Both the position numbers and the translations under genes were made by a program. A stretch of DNA of 32,000 bases from positions 30,001 through 62,000 of the forward strand of contig NZ_LGHJ01000019.1 of assembly GCF_001306055.1 (NCBI RefSeq), written 5' to 3'. This document shows positions 23,560-30,200 of this stretch, one piece after another. This DNA is from Bellilinea caldifistulae (lineage in GTDB: Bacteria > Chloroflexota > Anaerolineae > Anaerolineales > Anaerolineaceae). The notes beneath the pieces are model-generated. The model did not search any database and had not been told where the DNA came from. It saw nothing but the letters and a program-made list of their open reading frames with translations. The stretch's first letter is position 1. Every line of letters begins with the position of its first letter.

Positions 23560-26501
23560 ATATCGGATACCAGAGCAATTTGATGAGGATAATCTCGCAA
23601 GAAGGCGTCGAGCCAGCGTATCGCCGTGATCGCTTTGCTGCCGGCGTGGCTCGGCTTGCTGCCATTATTCTTGGAATTACAAGTGTCATCTTCCTGCTAA
23701 CATCCTTCAATCAACCTTACTGGCAAATCTTTACTCTTACATTTTTTAGCGCGGGCGGCTTTCTTGCATCTCTTTTCGCCGCTACTTTTCCTGAGAAAGA
23801 AGCCGCCGAAAAGCGCACCTACCTGCTTGCTCCAACGCTTTCAATAAGTGCCATTGCTTTCAGTGCTCTCATTGTCAATGTCGCTTTGCCTTTGGCAATC
23901 ATCCTCTTTTTGGTATTGACTCTTCTGGTCACCGGTTCCCTTGAAGGTCAACGAAGGGATACCGGTATCTCTCTGGCTTTCTTTTCAGCACTGACGGCTG
24001 TCATCGCCGGCAACTTTTTACCTGTCTCGCAAGTCAGGTTGCCGCAGATTGAATTGTTCATTCCGGTATTGTTGGGCATCTTAATGATGGTTTATATCAT
24101 CTTGTTGATGCTGGAAGTTCTTTCCGCCACATTACGCATCAAACTGCTGACAATTTCACTGGCAATTGCCATTGTCCCATTACTGGTCATCTCGATTATC
24201 AATTCGCGTTTCTTTCAGGATGCTCTGCGTAATCAGACCAATCAAGTCCTTCTTCTTGCAGCCCAGCAGACTGCTTCTAAAGTCGATTCGTTCTTTGAAG
24301 AAAACAAACAATCCATTGCCAGTGAAGCTTCTCTGGCTGTATTTTCGAACTACCTTTCGCTTTCGCCTTTGTACCGCCCTAACAGTACCCAGGAAGTGGC
24401 AGCTACTCTGACCTTGCGTTCGTTATCTTCCCGTCAACAGCGCTTTCTGCGTTCTTATGGTTTGGTTGATGCGGAAGGCAAAGCCGTTCTGGATATTAAT
24501 CCTCTTCAAATCGGGCAAGACGAATCTCAAAACGAGTACTTTACACTCCCGCTCACAACTGGGCAGGTTTATGCCTCACCTGTAATTTTTGACCCGAGAT
24601 CTCGGAATGGATATATCTATTTCTCAAGCCCGGTACGGAATCAACGCCAGCAGGTAATCGGTGTTTTGCGCGCTAAATTTGACGCCCTGATCTTGCAGGA
24701 ATTACTGGAGCAAGAGGTAAATTTGGTGGGCATCCGTTCCTACCCAATCTTGCTCGATGAGAATTATTTGCGTCTGGCCGATACGCTCATTCCCAACAGT
24801 ATTTATAAACTGGTCATGCCGCTGCCTTCGGACGTGATGGGAAAATTGATTCAATCCAATCGTGTTCCGAATTTACCACTTTACGAAATGAGCACCAATG
24901 ATGTTGCCCTCTCGGCAGGTTTGGAAAACTATTTGAACTCCCCCTTCTTTACTGCAGAATTTCACCCGGATGATCCCAGCCATCCTGAAATTGGTGCCAT
25001 CACTCGCTTGAAAACCAACCCGTGGTATGTGGTCTTTGTCCGCGAACAGACTACTTTTGCCGGCTTAGTCGCACGGCAAGGCCGCTTATCCATCTTAATT
25101 TCTACCTTGATTGCTGGGTTGGTGGGGTTAATTGCCAGCGTGGTTTCCGGCTCGTTTAGCCGGCCGATTGTTCGTTTGCAGCAAACTGCAGAGCTGATCT
25201 CCTCCGGTGAGCTGGATGCACAGGCGCAGGTAGAAACCGGTGATGAGATTGGAAAACTGGCTCAGGCATTCAATTTTATGACCAACCAGTTGAAGAACCT
25301 GATCAACACGCTGGAAGACCGGGTTCGAGAGCGAACCCGTGAACTCGCCCAACAAAATGAGGCATTGCTCTACAGGACACGCCAGTTGCAAACCGTTTCG
25401 GATGTAGCCCGCGGTATCGTTTCGACCCAAAAACTGGAAAGTCTGCTGAACCAGCTCACCATCCTGATCAGCGAACGATTTGGGTTTTATCACGTGGGCG
25501 TTTTCTTGTTGGACGAACAGAAGGAATACGCCGTTCTGCGAGCAGCAAACTCAGAAGGCGGTAAACGGATGCTTGCTCGCCAGCACCGGCTCAAGGTCGG
25601 TCAGGTTGGTATTGTGGGTTATGTAACCGGTAGCGGAGAAGCCCGTATCGCCACTGATGTTGGTAAAGACGCAGTCTTCTTCAACAATCCCGATTTACCT
25701 CAAACCCGATCCGAAATGGCACTCCCCCTCAAAGCAAACAACGAGGTGATCGGCGCTCTGGATGTGCAAAGTACAATACCCAACGCCTTCACCCAGGAAG
25801 ACGTTGAATTATTCAGCATCCTGGCTGATCAAATTGCCATCGCCATCCTCAATAACCGGCTCTACACCGAAACCCTGCAAGCGCTGGAGGAATCTCAACG
25901 CGTTCACCGGCTTTACCTGCGTCAGGAATGGAGCAAAGAAGCCGGAGAACGACCGGTAATTGGCTATCGGGCAACACCTCATGGTTTGATTGCATTGGAA
26001 GAGATGCGCGAACAGGAAATTTCCGATGTGCTGCTCTCCGGAGATGTTATCGTCCGCCCGGCAAAGGAAAGTCAACCGGCGGCATTATCGGTTCCGGTCA
26101 GGCTGAGAGGTGAAACCGTTGGGGTGATTCACATTGAAGATGATCAAATTGCCGATCGGGTTTGGAGTGAAGAAGAAATTCGTTCCATTCAGGCAGTTGC
26201 TGATCAGGTTGGGCTGGCTCTGGAAAATGCGCGTTTGCTGGAAAAGACCATCCGTCGCGCTGAGCGCGAGCGCCGCGTTTTGGAAATCACCAGCAAGATC
26301 CGCTCCACAAATGACCCGAACACGATGATCGAGATTGCCATTCAAGAATTGAAACGCACTTTGAATGCCAGCCATGCTCAAGTCATATGGAAAGATACTG
26401 GTGAAGAAACCACACCTCCACAACAGCAGAGCAATGAACCATCCACTCTACAAAAACGGAATAACGGATCAAACGGTTCGAGCAGGAAGGGGCAGGTATG
26501 A
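23556..26501 (+). CDS. Multi-TM - Cache-like extracytoplasmic domain - HAMP - S-helix - GAF - conserved tail protein, no output domain (GAF-4)
   Basis: 981 aa. Its ATGA overlaps GAF-3, with GGAGG 5 nt upstream. About 6 N-terminal TM helices are followed by a ~290-aa Cache-like region (24215-25080, ..GLVDAEGKAVLD..DESQNEYF..GYIYFSSPV..VIGVLRAKF). Then come a TM, HAMP (25158-25300, GDEIGKLAQAFNFM), ERT (25329-25337), the signature GAF (25395-25865) and the tail (25866-26501). Confidence 0.85.
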   Translation: MNIGYQSNLMRIISQEGVEPAYRRDRFAAGVARLAAIILGITSVIFLLTSFNQPYWQIFTLTFFSAGGFLASLFAATFPEKEAAEKRTYLLAPTLSISAIAFSALIVNVALPLAIILFLVLTLLVTGSLEGQRRDTGISLAFFSALTAVIAGNFLPVSQVRLPQIELFIPVLLGILMMVYIILLMLEVLSATLRIKLLTISLAIAIVPLLVISIINSRFFQDALRNQTNQVLLLAAQQTASKVDSFFEENKQSIASEASLAVFSNYLSLSPLYRPNSTQEVAATLTLRSLSSRQQRFLRSYGLVDAEGKAVLDINPLQIGQDESQNEYFTLPLTTGQVYASPVIFDPRSRNGYIYFSSPVRNQRQQVIGVLRAKFDALILQELLEQEVNLVGIRSYPILLDENYLRLADTLIPNSIYKLVMPLPSDVMGKLIQSNRVPNLPLYEMSTNDVALSAGLENYLNSPFFTAEFHPDDPSHPEIGAITRLKTNPWYVVFVREQTTFAGLVARQGRLSILISTLIAGLVGLIASVVSGSFSRPIVRLQQTAELISSGELDAQAQVETGDEIGKLAQAFNFMTNQLKNLINTLEDRVRERTRELAQQNEALLYRTRQLQTVSDVARGIVSTQKLESLLNQLTILISERFGFYHVGVFLLDEQKEYAVLRAANSEGGKRMLARQHRLKVGQVGIVGYVTGSGEARIATDVGKDAVFFNNPDLPQTRSEMALPLKANNEVIGALDVQSTIPNAFTQEDVELFSILADQIAIAILNNRLYTETLQALEESQRVHRLYLRQEWSKEAGERPVIGYRATPHGLIALEEMREQEISDVLLSGDVIVRPAKESQPAALSVPVRLRGETVGVIHIEDDQIADRVWSEEEIRSIQAVADQVGLALENARLLEKTIRRAERERRVLEITSKIRSTNDPNTMIEIAIQELKRTLNASHAQVIWKDTGEETTPPQQQSNEPSTLQKRNNGSNGSSRKGQV

Positions 26502-27280
26502 CTTATTTTATTTCCATCACAAACGAAAAAGGCGGAGTTGCCAAAACGACTACAGCGCTCTCTCTGGGTGCAGCCCTGGTTGAAGCGGGGCGGCAGGTGT
26601 TGCTGGTTGATTTGGACGCTCAGGCCAATCTAACCCTCGCACTGGGAACGGATCCCCTCAACGGACATGCAACCATTCTGAACGCCGTTGCCGATCAATC
26701 TCCCATCCATAAACTATGGCGGGAAACCGGTATTCCGGGTTTATTTTTTATCCCTTCCAATCATGATATGGGCTATAGCGAACGAATTTTGCCCGCCCGT
26801 CCCGAATATGAATTTACCCTGAAAAAGGCGTTTTCCGAAATCTCGCTGCCGTTTGATTATGTAATATTTGACTGTCCCCCCTTTTTGGGTTCCGTGGTGA
26901 TTAATGCCCTGACCGCGTCGCAATTACTCATCATTCCTACGCAGGCAGAGTACTTTTCCATTTATGCCTTGAAAAACATGATGAGTTTAATCCGCCGCAT
27001 TCGCTCGCAAACCAATCCCGATCTCACCTACCGGCTTTTACTCACCATGTTTGATCGCCGCAACCGCATCCATCGAACCCTGAGTGAACAGTTACGTGCA
27101 AGTTTTGGCAATGGTGTGCTGGAAACCGTCATCATGGTGGATACCCGTCTGCGGGAAAGTTCCATTGCCGGTCTGCCGATTATCTACCATGCTCCCAAAA
27201 GCCGTTCTGCTTTGCAATACCGCGAATTAGCCCAGGAGATCCTGCAATATGTCGAAAAAGCAATTGCTCAACCGGCTTGA
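26498..27280 (+). CDS. ParA/MinD-family P-loop ATPase (orphan; no ParB in the window)
   Basis: 260 aa. It has the deviant Walker A (NEKGGVAKTTT), Walker A' (LLVDLDAQANLT) and Walker B (YVIFDCPP). Its ATGA overlaps the GAF-4 stop. Confidence 0.88.
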   Translation: MTYFISITNEKGGVAKTTTALSLGAALVEAGRQVLLVDLDAQANLTLALGTDPLNGHATILNAVADQSPIHKLWRETGIPGLFFIPSNHDMGYSERILPARPEYEFTLKKAFSEISLPFDYVIFDCPPFLGSVVINALTASQLLIIPTQAEYFSIYALKNMMSLIRRIRSQTNPDLTYRLLLTMFDRRNRIHRTLSEQLRASFGNGVLETVIMVDTRLRESSIAGLPIIYHAPKSRSALQYRELAQEILQYVEKAIAQPA

Positions 27281-30200
27281 CCATCTCTTTGCCAACATTA
27301 CGGAAGATGCCGCCGAGCAGATTCCTCCCCCTCCACCCCCACCGACGGTTCTGCCACAATGGAAGTGGGAAACAGACGAAAGCGGCTGCATTATTTTCTG
27401 TGAAGATGCCATAAAGGTTTGCCTGGGTTACTCACCGGATGAGATCATCGGTCAACCCTTATCTTCATTTGGGTTGAGCAGTGAATCGGTTACTGCATTG
27501 CAAAATGCCTTAAATCAGGATGTGTTTCCCATTGATTTGTCCGTCGTATTTCAATCCAAAAGCGGTAACCCTGTACCAGCCCGTCTGACCATCTTCAAAA
27601 AAGGCGCATTAAACGGCGAGAAGGGCGGTTTTCGTGGTTTTACCCAACCCTTGTTAGAGAGCAAGCCGGTAAAACCTCAATCAGAGAATGAGGACATTCC
27701 GAAAACCCAATTTGCCAGCCAGCAAACAACCCCAAGCGCAAGAAAAACGCCAGTCAGGGCTCCGATTCAGCCAAAAGCCCAAAAAGCCGCCCCTCCTTCG
27801 GTCAGACCTCGTTCAAAATCTATTCTTGAAAACCCGGCCATCATCACCGTTCCTTTGAAAAAGAGGCAACAAGAAATCGGCATTCTTGAAATCATGGCCG
27901 ATGGCGTACAACGCCGTTGGAGCGAAGAAGAATTACTACTGGTACAGGAAGTTGCCAATCAACTTGGCCTTGCAATCGAAAATGCAGAATTGTATGCTGC
28001 TGTTCAACAGGAACTCAACGAGAGAGTTCGCGCCGAACAAGAGATTTTACGCCGCAACAAAGATCTCGCTGCTCTGAATGAGATTGGTCAGCAAATCTCG
28101 CGTCTGACCGATAAAGATCAGATCATTGCCACCTTACAGCAAGCGCTTGTGCAACTGTTGAACTGCCGCAATTTGACCATTGCGATGCTGGATTCCGATC
28201 AGCAAACCCTGACTTTTCCCGTGCATACCGTTGATTCAAACTCTCAACCCTTACCCCCCAGGCCACTTGGAGATGACCTGATCAGTTATGTCGTTCACAG
28301 CCGGGAGGTTTTACGCATCAATCGGGATGTGGCAAACGCCTTATCTGCCAGAAAAATTATCCCCGATCAACCCATTCCTGCTGCTCTTCTTGCCGTCCCA
28401 ATGGTCACCGCCGAAAAGGTTATGGGTGTCATTTACCTTCAAGAGTTTGAGCAGGGTGCTGGTTTTTCAGATATTCAAGCAGACTTGCTTTCCACAATTG
28501 CCTCTCAGGTAGCCATTGCTCTGGCAAACGCCAATCTCTTCCAGGAAGTTACCACCGCCCTGCAAGCCATCGAAAAACGTGAACGCTATCAGGCTAACGT
28601 GGCTCAGGCAGTTGCCACATTGACTGAAAGCGGCGTTCGCGGTATTCCCGCCATGTTGGGCTTCCTTGGCGAAGCAGCCCAATGCGATTACATCTACTTT
28701 GCCAGTGCACGGGAAGACGAACAGGGCTTGCACTGGATCGTTACCGACCATTGGATTGCCCCTCAAATCCGCCCCGGTTCTGATCTGGTCGTACGGCAGC
28801 CGCTTTCTGCCGCTTTGTTCCCTAACTGGGCCTCAGCGTTGAAAGAGAAAGGCTGGTTTTCCGGTCAGCCTGAAGATTTCGAAGGGCGTGAACGCGAGTT
28901 CCTCCGTCAGCGCGGTATTCACTCCATCCTTTTACTGGCTGTACCGGGTAATCGCGATATTCCCAGTTTTATCGCATTCGAACAAAGGACTGCCCGAGCC
29001 TGGAAAAATGATGAAATCGGCGTGTTACAGGTGGCGGCAGATGCACTGGCGAACACGTTCGTCCGCCAAGACCTGCTGGAACAATTGCGATCCTCGCTGG
29101 ATGAGACCGAAACGCTGTATAAAATCAGCCATAATCTGGCTTTGGCGGGTGATTACCACGAGATGGTGCGCGCCATTGCCGGCGGGATCACCGATGAAAA
29201 GGTGAATCGCATTGTATTGGTTCTGTTTGAACAATCCGATCCATTAAGTACCCCACTCCTGCGAATTGCTGCAACGTGGCACTCAGGAAGAGGTGCCCAT
29301 CCCCCGTTGATTGGTACCGAATTGGATTACGCCACCTACAATCCGCTGGTTTCAATTGAAACCCCCGCTTTTTATAACGATATCTATGATTTAGGAATTT
29401 TGCCCGCCGCCCGTTCGGCACTGGAAGAGTTAAATGTACGCTCGATTGCGGTTTTACCCCTTTGGGCTGCTCGCAAACAATTAGGTGCTTTACTCTTTCT
29501 TTCAGAAGGGTTGCATTACTTTACGATACGTGAGATGCGCACCTTCCCGCCACTCGTGGATCAGATGGCTACCGCCATCGAGAACATGCGCCTGTTCGAA
29601 CAAACTCAGGCAGCCCTTGCCGAAACCGAACTTTATTACCGGATCAGCAGCGGCATTGCGCAAGCAGGTGATGCCAACGACTTGGTTGATCTGGTAATGA
29701 CCGAAATTCTGCCAGCCAACGCAGAACGGGTGTCCATCATCCAGATGTTCAACGACCCAAACGGTGTGCCGCTGGAATTTGAGGTCGTTGCCAGCACCTC
29801 GGTCAGCGGTAACACGGAACTGGCTAATATTCGCCAATCCATCAATCATTTACCGATTCTCAAGGAATTGCGGGAAGAACCGATTGTATTGGATAATCTT
29901 GAAAATAGCCGGTTGGATTCCCTTTCTAAACAAACCCTGAAACAGATGGGGGTTGCTTCGGGTATTTTTGTGCCATTGTTCAGCGCCGGAAAAATTGTTG
30001 GTATTCTGGCAGCCACTTCCAGTCAACCCGCCAGTTACGACATGGAAGAGGTACGTGTGCTGAATGTGGCGAGCAGTGGTGTGGCAGTAGCGTTAGAAAG
30101 ACAACGCCTTCTCAAAGAAGCCCAGCGCCGCGCCCTTGAACTTCAAGCTGCTGCCGAAATTGCCCGCGATACCACGAGCGTCCTTTCTCAAGATGAATTG

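Noticed and set aside
26498-27400. A ParABS partition module (a parB gene or parS site next to the ParA-like gene)
   Set aside because: The downstream gene is a histidine kinase, not ParB. The only CACGTG cores I noticed (about 20115 and about 25490) lie inside coding sequence and lack the flanking parS palindrome arms.
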